64,000 nt of DNA from Smithella sp. (lineage in GTDB: Bacteria > Desulfobacterota > Syntrophia > Syntrophales > Smithellaceae). The position numbers were made by a program, and so were the translations under genes. The number at the start of each line of letters is the position of its first letter. Within the stretch, counting starts at the first letter, position 1. The notes under the pieces were generated by a model that ran no database searches, was not told the origin of the DNA, and saw only the letters and a list, made by a program, of their open reading frames with translations. The stretch spans positions 95,163 through 159,162 of the forward strand of contig DATKPG010000012.1 of NCBI GenBank assembly GCA_035524255.1, given 5' to 3'. Of the stretch, positions 1 through 9,623 are shown one piece after another.

Positions 1-1
1 T

Positions 2-316
2 CAGGCCTGCCTTGATGAAACCAAACGCCGCCGCATTATTCAGCGGAAATATAATGAAGAAAATAACATCACGCCGGAATCCATTAAAAAATCAATCAGC
101 AATGTTCTGGGCTCTATCTATGAAGCCGATTATGTGACAGTCCCTGTGGAAACGAAAGGGAAAATCATACCGGCCAGGGAAGAAGATTTGCCGGCTTTGA
201 TTGCCAAACTTACAAAAGAAATGAAACAGGCGGCAAAAAATATGGAATTCGAGCATGCCGCCGAGCTGCGCGATGAACTCAAAGAGTTAAATAAAATACT
301 GCTGGAAATGGGATAA
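2..316 (+). CDS. uvrB: Excinuclease ABC subunit B, C-terminal fragment (5' end lies outside the window)
   Basis: The open frame from the window edge reads QACLDETKRRRIIQRKYNEENNITPESIKK...NMEFEHAAELRDELKELNKILLEMG*. This is the UvrB C-terminal UVR coiled-coil motif. There is no start codon in the window. Confidence 0.85.
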   Translation, partial: QACLDETKRRRIIQRKYNEENNITPESIKKSISNVLGSIYEADYVTVPVETKGKIIPAREEDLPALIAKLTKEMKQAAKNMEFEHAAELRDELKELNKILLEMG

Positions 317-590
317 ACCAGCATTGTGGATCCTCGTCATCACGCATAGTTGCTATCCGTTACACTTTTTTTGTCAATCTCCATGTTCATTTGGCTGTCA
401 ATAATTATTGGGTAAAAATATCATATATTTATAAAATATACCTGAAACGTGTCTTCCATCATGTTGTCTTAAATATTTGCATGAAAACTCAAAGAATGTT
501 AGTGAATAAAGTAAATAATCAGGTCATAAGAAAATTGCCAAACCGTTCAGGTAAAGGCAGGCATTTTGTTAATCTCTTGCGGGGGTGAAT

Positions 591-1526
591 ATGGGAGAAG
601 GAATCAGCGATTACACAAAAAATATTTTTGATTTAAGAAGGCATATGTGGACGGAGGGCGTGGAAGTGGAATTGAGGCGTCTTATCTGGCAAATTGCCGT
701 TGTCGGTAAATATATTTCCGCGAAAATTCATGAGTCCAACAGAAAGCTTGCCGGGCTGAAAAATATTTATGGTGAGGAGCAAATGGCGCTGGATCGCGCC
801 GCCGATGAAATCCTGAAAAATCAGTTGCAGTTTTCCGGTTTTGTGCGCGAATACGCGTCGGAGGAGCTGGAAGATATCATCAAAATCGGATCCGGCAGTG
901 AAAAATATATTGTGACGGCCGATCCGCTCGATGGTTCATCGCTGGTTGATACGAATTTGGCTATCGGAACGATTATTGGCATCCATAAGGATTCCGTTCT
1001 GGATACCGGCAGAAATTCCATGGTAGCGGCGCTCTATATTACTTATGGCCCGCTGATAACGATGATTTATTCGGCGGGAAAGGGCGCGCATGAGTTTGTT
1101 CTCAATCGTGAAGGCGAATATGTTTTATCTCAGGAAAATATTAAACTGAACCAGAAGGGTTCAATCTTTTCGCCGGGCGGCTTGCGCCGTGATTGGACTC
1201 CGGCGCATCTCAAGTTTGTTGAGCAACTGGAAAAGGATGGTTACAAATTACGTTACAGCGGCGGTTTTGTTCCCGACATCAATCAAATTCTGATTAAAAA
1301 AGGCGGCTTGTTCAGCTATCCCGCCTTGAAAAAAGCTCCCCAGGGGAAGTTACGCCTGCTTTTTGAATTGCAGCCCATGGCGTTTATTACAGAACAGGCC
1401 GGAGGCCTCGCGACCGACGGCCATCAGGACATTTTAAATATAAAAGTAGAAAATGTAAATCAGCTCTCGCCGGTTTACATTGGCAGCGCTGCCGAAGTGC
1501 AAATGGCAAAACAAATGTTATCATAA
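591..1526 (+). CDS. fbp: Fructose-1,6-bisphosphatase, class 1
   Basis: ORF 585-1526. The ATG at 591 follows a GGGGGTG Shine-Dalgarno-like run. It has the class 1 FBPase metal-site motif TADPLDGSS, GGFVPD and a C-terminal AGGLATDG region, at about 311 aa. Confidence 0.9.
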   Translation: MGEGISDYTKNIFDLRRHMWTEGVEVELRRLIWQIAVVGKYISAKIHESNRKLAGLKNIYGEEQMALDRAADEILKNQLQFSGFVREYASEELEDIIKIGSGSEKYIVTADPLDGSSLVDTNLAIGTIIGIHKDSVLDTGRNSMVAALYITYGPLITMIYSAGKGAHEFVLNREGEYVLSQENIKLNQKGSIFSPGGLRRDWTPAHLKFVEQLEKDGYKLRYSGGFVPDINQILIKKGGLFSYPALKKAPQGKLRLLFELQPMAFITEQAGGLATDGHQDILNIKVENVNQLSPVYIGSAAEVQMAKQMLS

Positions 1527-1555
1527 TACAAAATACAGCATTGTAAGGAGTAGTT

Positions 1556-2947
1556 ATGATTTGCAAAGATAAGAATGAACTGCAAAATAAATGCGCGAAG
1601 ATTCTTGAACCGGATGGCAATGATGTTCGCATTCTGGATGAAGCTAGACTCAGAGGCGAGCTTATTGACGATTTGATTTACACGGCGGTATTTTGTCCCG
1701 ACAAGACGACGCAATTTGCCGCCCGCTGGCTGATCAGACGCGCCGGCGCGGCTTTAGGAATTATATCTGCTTCAATTCAACCTCTTTATGAGGCGATGGG
1801 GCGCGAAGAGGTGAAGGGCTTCACGGTTCCGGCGATTAATATCAGGGGTATCACTTATGACGCGGCCGGGGCTGTTTTTCGCGCGGCATTAAAAGGGAAG
1901 GTCGGCCCGGTTATTTTCGAGATTGCCCGTTCGGAAATCGATTATACCATGCAGCGGCCGGTTGAGTATGCCTGTGCTGTAATTGCCGCGGCCATCAAAA
2001 CCGGTTATCGCGGACCGATTTTTCTGCAGGGGGATCATTTTCAAATCAATGCAAAAAAATTTTCCGCCGACGCCGCTAAGGAAATTCAAACGGTAAAAAA
2101 CTTAATATGGGAAGCTATTGAAGCGGGATTTTATAATATTGATATTGACACATCCACATTGGTGGATTTGACCAAAGCCAGCGTCAAGGAACAGCAGAAG
2201 ACAAACTACAGCCTAGCGGCGGAACTCACAACCATGATACGTGACTTGGAACCGGAAGGAATTACCATATCTGTAGGCGGCGAGATCGGCGAAGTCGGGG
2301 GTAAAAACAGCACAGTAGAGGAACTTCAGGCTTTTATGGAAGGATATCTGGAGGAACTCGGAGGACAGGGTGAATCGCTCGAGGGAATCAGTAAAATAAG
2401 CGTTCAGACGGGAACAACGCACGGAGGCGTTCCTCTGGCGGATGGCAGTGTGGCCAAAGTTAAAATAGATTTTGATGTTCTGGAAAAATTATCCGCGCTG
2501 GCGCGTTCTGAATATGGTCTTGCCGGAGCCGTCCAGCATGGAGCATCCACTCTTCCCGATGAAGCCTTTGACAGATTTCCGGCTGTGGGCACGGCCGAAA
2601 TTCATCTGGCCACCGGTTTTCAGAATATCATTTACGATAGTTCCAATTTCCCCGGGAATTTAAAAGAAAAAATGTATGCGTATATGAAAACCGAATTTAA
2701 ATCTGAATGGAAGGAAAAAGATACCGAAGAACAGTTTATTTATAAAACCCGTAAAAAGGGATTCGGTCCTTTCAAACTGGAACTGTGGCAACTGCCGGCG
2801 GATGTTCTCAATAAAATAGGAGTTGAACTGGAAAAACAATTTTCTTTTTTATTTGAAAAACTCAAGATGACGGCTACGCAGGAAATTGTTGAAAAATATA
2901 TCAAACCGGTAGATGTGCAGCTGGAAATTCCTTCTTCTTTAAAATGA
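1556..2947 (+). CDS. Class II (metal-dependent) fructose/ketose-bisphosphate aldolase family protein, long form
   Basis: 463-aa ORF with the class II aldolase motifs LQGDHFQ, QTGTTHGG and VQHGASTLP. It sits directly after fbp. It is longer than the ~360-aa FbaA type, so the exact substrate is not assigned. Confidence 0.75.
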   Translation: MICKDKNELQNKCAKILEPDGNDVRILDEARLRGELIDDLIYTAVFCPDKTTQFAARWLIRRAGAALGIISASIQPLYEAMGREEVKGFTVPAINIRGITYDAAGAVFRAALKGKVGPVIFEIARSEIDYTMQRPVEYACAVIAAAIKTGYRGPIFLQGDHFQINAKKFSADAAKEIQTVKNLIWEAIEAGFYNIDIDTSTLVDLTKASVKEQQKTNYSLAAELTTMIRDLEPEGITISVGGEIGEVGGKNSTVEELQAFMEGYLEELGGQGESLEGISKISVQTGTTHGGVPLADGSVAKVKIDFDVLEKLSALARSEYGLAGAVQHGASTLPDEAFDRFPAVGTAEIHLATGFQNIIYDSSNFPGNLKEKMYAYMKTEFKSEWKEKDTEEQFIYKTRKKGFGPFKLELWQLPADVLNKIGVELEKQFSFLFEKLKMTATQEIVEKYIKPVDVQLEIPSSLK

Positions 2948-3972
2948 AAGCGGCAATCTTAGAGAAGATAACCAATTTAAAAGAAAATAAACAACCGCTG
3001 AAAATAGTTGAAATGCCTCCGCCTGCGGCCGGTGAGGGGGAAATTCTCATCAGGATTTCCGTCTGTGGCGTTTGCCATACGGAAATAGACGAGATTGAAG
3101 GAAGAACTCCGCCGCCGGGACTGCCGGTTATTTTGGGGCATCAGGCGGTTGGCGTTGTTGCCGGCCGCGGCAAACTCGCGCAGGGATTCGCGATCGGTGA
3201 CAGGGTCGGAATCGGTTGGATTAATTCGGCCTGCGGCCATTGTCCGGCATGCCAATCCGGAAATGAAAATCTCTGCGTGGATTTTAAGGCGACCGGCAGG
3301 GACGCACCCGGCGGTTACGCCGAGTATCTGGCGATATCTGAGGACTTCGCTTTCGCGATTCCGGATGTTTTTTCCGATGCTCAGGCCGCGCCGCTTATGT
3401 GTGCCGGAGCCATAGGATACCGCTCACTTAGCCTGGCCAATTTAGTTGATGGACAGCGTCTGGGACTGACCGGATTTGGCGCATCCGCTCATCTGGTTTT
3501 GAAAATGGTTCGTTACCGTTACCCGCACACGGAAGTATTCGTTTTCGCCCGCAGTAAAGCTGAACAACGTTTTGCCCGAGAGCTCGGCGCTGTCTGGGCC
3601 GGAGATCCCTATGAGGAATCGCCTTTGAAGCTCCATGCCATAATCGATACAACGCCCGTATGGAAACCGGTTGTGGAAGCCCTGAAAAATCTTGAACCGG
3701 CCGGAAGATTGATTATCAACGCGATACGCAAAGAAGAGGCGGATAAAGATTATCTCCTGCGGCTTAATTACGGCCGTGATTTATGGCTGGAAAAAGAAAT
3801 AAAAAGTGTGGCGAATGTGACGCGCCGTGATATCAGGGAATTTTTGGATCTGGCCGCTCAAATACCCATCATACCTGAAGTGGAAGAATATCCGCTGGAA
3901 GAAGCCAACCGGGCGCTTACTGAACTGAAGGATGGCAATATCCGCGGCGCTAAAGTTTTAAGAATAAGTTGA
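2944..3972 (+). CDS. Zinc-dependent alcohol dehydrogenase (MDR family)
   Basis: It has catalytic Zn motifs CGVCHTEIDE and GHQAVGVV, plus a structural Zn cluster CGHCPACQSGNENLC. An ATGA overlap couples it to the upstream aldolase gene. Confidence 0.85.
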   Translation: MKAAILEKITNLKENKQPLKIVEMPPPAAGEGEILIRISVCGVCHTEIDEIEGRTPPPGLPVILGHQAVGVVAGRGKLAQGFAIGDRVGIGWINSACGHCPACQSGNENLCVDFKATGRDAPGGYAEYLAISEDFAFAIPDVFSDAQAAPLMCAGAIGYRSLSLANLVDGQRLGLTGFGASAHLVLKMVRYRYPHTEVFVFARSKAEQRFARELGAVWAGDPYEESPLKLHAIIDTTPVWKPVVEALKNLEPAGRLIINAIRKEEADKDYLLRLNYGRDLWLEKEIKSVANVTRRDIREFLDLAAQIPIIPEVEEYPLEEANRALTELKDGNIRGAKVLRIS

Positions 3973-4023
3973 TTTATTAAATATCCTCCCGGCAAAATAA
4001 AATAGAAAAACTGAGGGGATTCC

Positions 4024-5736
4024 TCACGATGACACTTTTTTCTGCCTCATGATTTTCCCCGCAACGATATCTTTTTGTCTTTGTTTTTCCCCCGTTTTTT
4101 TCTCGACGAAAATTTTTCTGCCTGTCGCGGGATCCATTTCCGTAAAATACATCAGGCCCGAATAAGTTAAAGGAAGCGGCGTAAAAATCTGCACCTGACG
4201 GGGATTGATTTTTAATTCTTTTCCGGCAAAAGATTTAAGTTCGCGCATGTCTTCTTTAGTGCATCCCGGATGGGCGGCGATAAAGTAATAAGTAAGAAAT
4301 TGTGTCTGTCCGGATGATTTATTGATTTCTTCGAAAATCTGTTTGAATTTCAGCAATGACCGGGCTTGCGGTTTACCCATAAGTTTCAGGATGTTCGGGG
4401 TGACATGTTCGGGAGCCACCTTCAATTGTCCGGATACGTGATGTTTCACCAGTTCCCTCATATAGCCTGTGCAGTGTTTTTGATCGCTAAGCAGTAAATC
4501 GTATCTTATACCGGAAGCAACAAATACTTTTTTGACGCCTTTTATATTTCGCAGGCTCTTTAATAAATTAATCTGCCGGCTGTGATCCGGTTTCAAGCCG
4601 TCGCACACTTGCGGATAAAGACATCTTTTGTTTTGACAGGCTCCGCGGGTCTGTTTTTTCAAACATTCGATGCCATACATGTTTGCTGTTGATCCGCCGA
4701 CGTCCAGAATATAGCCCTTAAAATCGTGAAGCGCGATGAGTTTTCGCGCCTCTTCGATAATTGATTTTTCCGAACGGCTGATAATGGTTCTTCCTTCATG
4801 CAGCCCGATAGAACAGAAATTACATTCGCCGAAGCAGCCGCGATGCGTGGATATCGAGAATTTAATTGTCTCCATCGCCTTGACTCTGCCCTGCGCGCTA
4901 TAGAAAGGATGAACGTCGCGGACGAAATCAAGCGCGTATATATTATCCAGTTCTTCGGGGGTCATATTGGGCTGTGGTTTGTTATGAATCAGATAACGCT
5001 GGCCGTAGCGCTGATACAGACCCCGCGCGGTGAGGGGATCATTATTTTGGTAGAATAGTTTAAACATCCGGACATAAGATTTTTTATCCGCGATAACATC
5101 TTCATAAGAGGGCAGTTCAATATAATCGGGCGGCGGGACAGAGGAGATATAACAAATGCCTCTGATATCCGATATGTTTTGTCCATCCCGCAATTTCATC
5201 GCTAATTCCAGCGTCGCCTTTTCAGCCATGCCGTAAATGAGCGCGTCGGCGCGCGCGTCAAACAGAATCGAACGGCGGATGGAATCCGACCAGAAATCGT
5301 ACTGGGCGATTCGGCGCATACTGGCTTCAACGCCGCCCATCACCAGCGGTTTGGAATTTTTAAAATACCGGCGGATTAAATTGGCGTAAACGACGGCAGC
5401 GCGGTCAGGACGGCGGTTATTCCTGCCTCCGGCGGTCAGATCATCTTCATGTCTTTTTTTCCCGGTTGCCGTATAATTGGCGACCATCGAATCCATACAA
5501 CCGCCGGTGATGCCCCAGAATAGTTTTGGTTCTCCCAGCCGGCAAATATCTGTCCCGCTTAGCCAGTCGGGCTGAGCGATGATTCCCACGCGAAATCCGG
5601 CGTTGGTAAGAACCCGGCCGATTACGGAAACTCCGATAAAAGGGCTGTCAATGTAAGCGTCGCCGGTGACAAGAATTACATCGAGCTTGTCCCATTTTAA
5701 TTTTTTTAATTCAGCGCCGGTTGTGGGAAGAAACAT
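4024..5736 (-). CDS. ygiQ: YgiQ-family radical SAM protein (UPF0313)
   Basis: 570 aa. The N-terminus DVILVTGDAYIDSPFIGVSVIGRVL..GIIAQPDW is typical of YgiQ. The radical SAM cluster motif is CFGECNFCS. Confidence 0.85.
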   Translation of the reverse strand: MFLPTTGAELKKLKWDKLDVILVTGDAYIDSPFIGVSVIGRVLTNAGFRVGIIAQPDWLSGTDICRLGEPKLFWGITGGCMDSMVANYTATGKKRHEDDLTAGGRNNRRPDRAAVVYANLIRRYFKNSKPLVMGGVEASMRRIAQYDFWSDSIRRSILFDARADALIYGMAEKATLELAMKLRDGQNISDIRGICYISSVPPPDYIELPSYEDVIADKKSYVRMFKLFYQNNDPLTARGLYQRYGQRYLIHNKPQPNMTPEELDNIYALDFVRDVHPFYSAQGRVKAMETIKFSISTHRGCFGECNFCSIGLHEGRTIISRSEKSIIEEARKLIALHDFKGYILDVGGSTANMYGIECLKKQTRGACQNKRCLYPQVCDGLKPDHSRQINLLKSLRNIKGVKKVFVASGIRYDLLLSDQKHCTGYMRELVKHHVSGQLKVAPEHVTPNILKLMGKPQARSLLKFKQIFEEINKSSGQTQFLTYYFIAAHPGCTKEDMRELKSFAGKELKINPRQVQIFTPLPLTYSGLMYFTEMDPATGRKIFVEKKTGEKQRQKDIVAGKIMRQKKVSS

Positions 5737-6130
5737 ATTTTTTTATAAAGCCCCCATCCGTTGGAGCCGCAGACTCCTTATGGTAGTGCGACCTTCCGCG
5801 GTTTACAGCGCATTAATCCTCCGCTTAGGCCCGGATCCGGGGGAATTCAAGTCGCGGTTTAAAGTCGCGCAATTGCAGATTTGTTTAAAGTAAGTCGCTC
5901 AACATCAGCCTAAGCGTTAAGGCCATAAGCAACAGCAAACAAAGAAAAACCCGATAATCAAAAAAAGTAAAATGAATTAAATGATTTATAAAGTGTCAGC
6001 CGGTAATTGCTCTTGCGGAAAAAAATGGCGGCGCTGACACCGGCAATGAAACCGGATGTCGCTTGTGCCATCCATGAAATGTGCTGGGGGAAAAACATGC
6101 TTGCCGGTCTCCGGAGCCTGGCCGCGAAAA

Positions 6131-6970
6131 TTAAACATTTAATTCCATGGACTGACCCACGGCAAAGCATTCCATCTTTTTGCCGCTTTTTTTGATGATC
6201 TCATGACAATTATCTACAATCGCGTCGACTTCATCATCAATTCTTTCCTGATTATGATGAAATAAACCTAATTTCTCCACTCCGGCGTTCAAGGCCAGAT
6301 TCAGAACATCCGTGTAACAGGAGTGTCCCCAGCCGCGAGTACTTTTATATTCGTCTTCTTTATATTCGGCATCGTGGATGAGTAAATCAGCGCCGCTTGC
6401 AAATTCAAGATAGTTCTGAAAATCCAGCCCTCCTTCATGTTTGTAACTCAGTTCGTTATCGGTAAGAAAAACAAAACATTTACCGTCTTCCTCAAACTTG
6501 TAACCCGCACCCTGATTAGGATGGCTAAGAGGAATGGGAGTGATAACCATCGAACCGAGCGTATAGCGTTCAATGTATGTGTCCTGGTATGAAATATTCG
6601 CGCGGATGGCGTCAAAATTTACAGGGAAATGCGGCGCCGTCATGACGCGCGAGAGAATTTCTCTGATTGAATTCCGGACAAAAGGATAACCCCAGATGTT
6701 CATATTGATGTCAGGCGAATAAATGGGCTTGAAAAAGGGAAAACCCATGATGTGATCCCAGTGGGCATGCGTCAGCAAAAGAGTGAAATCGTTATAACCG
6801 GCCGCAATCAGATTGTTGCCCGCCTCACGAATACCGGAACCGGCATCAACAATTAATATTTTATTATCGCTTGTCCTGATTTCAAGGCAGGTGGTGTTGC
6901 CGCCATAGCGCAAGTATTGTTTGCCCGAAACAGGAATGGAACCTCGGGAGCCCCAGCAGTGAATTATCAT
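6131..6970 (-). CDS. MBL-fold metallo-hydrolase
   Basis: 279 aa with the metallo-beta-lactamase motif LLLTHAHWDH and later D/H ligands (LIHDAEY, WGHS). Confidence 0.8.
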   Translation of the reverse strand: MIIHCWGSRGSIPVSGKQYLRYGGNTTCLEIRTSDNKILIVDAGSGIREAGNNLIAAGYNDFTLLLTHAHWDHIMGFPFFKPIYSPDINMNIWGYPFVRNSIREILSRVMTAPHFPVNFDAIRANISYQDTYIERYTLGSMVITPIPLSHPNQGAGYKFEEDGKCFVFLTDNELSYKHEGGLDFQNYLEFASGADLLIHDAEYKEDEYKSTRGWGHSCYTDVLNLALNAGVEKLGLFHHNQERIDDEVDAIVDNCHEIIKKSGKKMECFAVGQSMELNV

Positions 6971-7133
6971 TTTTCACCTTTTATCAGTTTATTATGCAAT
7001 AATACAGAATGGATTTTAAATCAAGCAGGATATAATATAGGGAACCGGCAAAAGATCATCGAAATATGATTTTTTAGCCTTGCTAGTATAAGAAAAGTTC
7101 TTAAATTATTTGCAAAAAACGGAGGTTGTTCCA

Positions 7134-7334
7134 GTGAAAAGTATAAAAATAAAGGGAATGAACTGTCAGCATTGTGTAATGGCTGTAACGAAAGCACTTG
7201 GCGCCGTGGATGGAATAAAAGACGTTAACGTGGATTTAAAAAGCGGCACGGCGACCTACTCGGAAATAAAAACGATCGATCCCGCGGTTGTTGCCGCGGC
7301 GATAAAAAAGGCGGGATACGAAATTGTCGAATAA
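7134..7334 (+). CDS. copZ: Heavy-metal-associated copper chaperone
   Basis: HMA motif GMNCQHCVMAV. I prefer the GTG at 7134, which lies 8 nt after GGAGG, to the TTG at 7110 in the ORF track. Confidence 0.85.
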   Translation: MKSIKIKGMNCQHCVMAVTKALGAVDGIKDVNVDLKSGTATYSEIKTIDPAVVAAAIKKAGYEIVE

Positions 7335-9585
7335 CGTGACTGCCCCGGAAAGAACAACTATTGCAGTGGGTGGTATGACCTGCGCGGCCTGCGTGAGGCG
7401 CGTGGAAGACGCGTTAAACTCGGTTGCCGGGGTTGTGGAGGCGAATGTCAATCTGGCTAACGGACATGCCACAATTAAACATTTGCCAAAATGGGGCGGT
7501 CCTGAGGCGCTTAAAAGCGTTATTACTGAACACGGTTATGAATTTTTAGGTGAACTTAAGGATAATCTTCCCGATCCCATTGAAGCTTCCCGGGTCAGGG
7601 AACTCAAAGATCTGAAGTTAAAAGTAACCTGCGGCGCGATTCTGAGCGTGATTATTTTCTTCGGTTCAATGCAGCACTGGTTCGGTTTTTTGCATTTCAT
7701 TCCGCGTCAGGTCATGCTCCGGGCGATGTTTGTTTTGACGGCCCCCGCGGTTTTTTGGGTGGGCAGCCGGTTTTTTGCAGGCGCCTATATGGCCGCGCGG
7801 CAAAAAACATCCGATATGAACACCCTGGTCGCTGTTGGCGCTTTTTCGGCTTACGTCTATTCAGCGGCAGCCACTTTCTTTCCTCATTTTTTTATGACGG
7901 CCGGTGTGATGCCTCACGTTTATTTTGACGGCGCGGCAATGATTGTTACGCTTATCCTTACAGGCAGGCTTCTGGAAGCCAAAGCCAAAGGAAAGACTTC
8001 CGGAGCTATCAAGAAGCTGATGGGGCTCAAACCCATGACGGCGCATCTGGTCAGGGATGATCAGGAACTGGAAGTTGCCGTGGAAGACGTGCAGGTTGGC
8101 GATATCCTGCGAGTCAAGCCGGGCGGAAGAATTCCCGTTGACGGCATAATAATATCCGGCCAATCCACCATTGACGAATCCATGTTGACCGGTGAAAGCA
8201 TGCCAGTGGCCAGGGAAACCGGACAAAAAGTTTTCGCGGCGACGATGAACAAAACGGGCAGTTTTACTTTTCGGGCAACAGGCGTGGGCGCTCAAACGGC
8301 TTTGGCGCAAATTATCCGTCTGGTGGAAGAGGCGCAAGGCTCCAAAGCTCCGATTCAGCGGCTGGCGGACAAGGTCGCGTCCGTTTTTGTTCCGGCAGTA
8401 TTTCTTGTCGCCCTTATGACTTTCGTCATCTGGTATTTTCTTCCCTTAGATAGTAATTTCAGCCGCGCTTTGATTAATTTTGTTTCCGTATTGGTGATTG
8501 CCTGTCCCTGCGCTCTGGGGCTGGCCACTCCGACGGCCATCATGGTGAGCACGGGTCTGGGAGCGCAAAGCGGAATTTTAATCAAGGGCGGCGAGACTCT
8601 CGAAAAAATACATAAACTTTCGGCTGTCGTTTTCGATAAAACGGGCACACTGACGCGCGGCGAAATGGCGGTGACCGATATCGCGGCCGCGGCCGGGTAT
8701 GATGAAAAACAGATTCTTGCATGCGCTGCGGCGCTGGAGAAAAATTCAGAACATCCCCTGGCACAGGCAATTTTGGCAAGGGCGCAGGCTGATGGAATTG
8801 CGGTTGCCGCCGTGGAAAAATTTACGGCGTTATCAGGCATGGGAGCAAAAGCCATACTTGAAAACAAAGAATGTCTTGCCGGTAATCGTTCTTTTATGGA
8901 AAGCGAAGGTGTTTCCGTAAATCATTTGGATGAACCGGCGGCAAGGCTGTCCCGGGAGGGGAAAACGATCGTGTACGTCGCTTCTGAAAAAAATGTTCTC
9001 GGATTTATCGCTATGGCCGATGAACCGAAAATTTCGGCAAAACCCGCGATCGAAAGCCTGAAGAACAGGGGATTGAAAGTCGTTATGATTACCGGTGACA
9101 ACACCGGCACGGCTGAAGCGATTGCCGCCCGGCTGGATATTGATCAGGTGCTGGCGGATGTTCTTCCCGATAAAAAAGCTGATGAAATAAAAAAACTGCA
9201 AGCCGCGGGCGAGGTTGTCGCCATGGTCGGCGACGGGATTAACGACGCTCCGGCGCTTGCGGCAGCGGACGTGGGCATTGCCATTGGCGCGGGAACGGAC
9301 GTGGCCATAGAAGCCAGCGACATAACGCTTATTCGCGATGACTTGACGGGAGTGCCTCAAGCTATCGGCCTGTCGCTCATCACGATGCGCGTGATTAAAC
9401 AAAATCTTTTTTGGGCGTTTATCTACAATGTGATCGGTATTCCTGTTGCCGCGGGCGCTCTGTATCCTTTCTTCGGGATATTGCTGAATCCCGAATTTGC
9501 CGCCGCGGCGATGGCTTTGAGTTCATTTTCCGTTGTCAGCAATTCTTTGCGTTTGCGCAGGATCTGGAAAAAAACCCATTCTTAA
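7324..9585 (+). CDS. copA: Copper-translocating P1B-type ATPase
   Basis: N-terminal HMA GMTCAACVRRVE, transmembrane CPC motif (ACPCALGLATP), phosphorylation site DKTGTLT, SEHPLA and GDGINDAP. 753 aa. Confidence 0.95.
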   Translation: MSNNVTAPERTTIAVGGMTCAACVRRVEDALNSVAGVVEANVNLANGHATIKHLPKWGGPEALKSVITEHGYEFLGELKDNLPDPIEASRVRELKDLKLKVTCGAILSVIIFFGSMQHWFGFLHFIPRQVMLRAMFVLTAPAVFWVGSRFFAGAYMAARQKTSDMNTLVAVGAFSAYVYSAAATFFPHFFMTAGVMPHVYFDGAAMIVTLILTGRLLEAKAKGKTSGAIKKLMGLKPMTAHLVRDDQELEVAVEDVQVGDILRVKPGGRIPVDGIIISGQSTIDESMLTGESMPVARETGQKVFAATMNKTGSFTFRATGVGAQTALAQIIRLVEEAQGSKAPIQRLADKVASVFVPAVFLVALMTFVIWYFLPLDSNFSRALINFVSVLVIACPCALGLATPTAIMVSTGLGAQSGILIKGGETLEKIHKLSAVVFDKTGTLTRGEMAVTDIAAAAGYDEKQILACAAALEKNSEHPLAQAILARAQADGIAVAAVEKFTALSGMGAKAILENKECLAGNRSFMESEGVSVNHLDEPAARLSREGKTIVYVASEKNVLGFIAMADEPKISAKPAIESLKNRGLKVVMITGDNTGTAEAIAARLDIDQVLADVLPDKKADEIKKLQAAGEVVAMVGDGINDAPALAAADVGIAIGAGTDVAIEASDITLIRDDLTGVPQAIGLSLITMRVIKQNLFWAFIYNVIGIPVAAGALYPFFGILLNPEFAAAAMALSSFSVVSNSLRLRRIWKKTHS

Positions 9586-9623
9586 AAAAAGATAACGCTT
9601 TGATTTGGGGCTGGCAAAAATAT

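Noticed and set aside
391-588. The 65-aa ORF upstream of fbp, and similar short ORFs in AT-rich spacers (16445-16630, 44013-44198, 37085-37276).
   Set aside because: They lie in AT-rich promoter regions, have no Shine-Dalgarno sequence, and give Lys/Asn/Ile-rich translations typical of non-coding AT-rich DNA.
5745-5845. The GC-rich ~95-nt element as a tRNA, tRNA-Sec, tmRNA or SRP RNA gene.
   Set aside because: There is no GTTCGAATC-type T-loop and no 7-bp acceptor pairing; the possible closing helix needs a 2-nt bulge. There is no tmRNA 5' GGGG...TTCGAC or 3' ...CTCCACCA end, and no tag-peptide reading frame ending in LAA. The GGAA tetraloop region lacks the conserved SRP AGCAGC / GGCAG motif.
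5834-5850. Adjacent GGATCC and GAATTC sites (GGATCCGGGGGAATTC) as a hint of cloning-vector contamination.
   Set aside because: There is no other polylinker or vector-like sequence. The flanks are ordinary intergenic DNA between two native genes.
7861-9402. Long antisense ORFs inside copA (158, 170 and 189 aa). Similar ones lie opposite other genes, for example 25024-25602, 26340-26936, 30515-31189, 41973-42722, 46335-47027 and 35159-35746.
   Set aside because: Each lies entirely inside a strongly supported gene on the other strand. Their translations are low-complexity and Arg/Gly/Pro-rich with no motifs. This is the usual open antisense frame of codon-biased genes.
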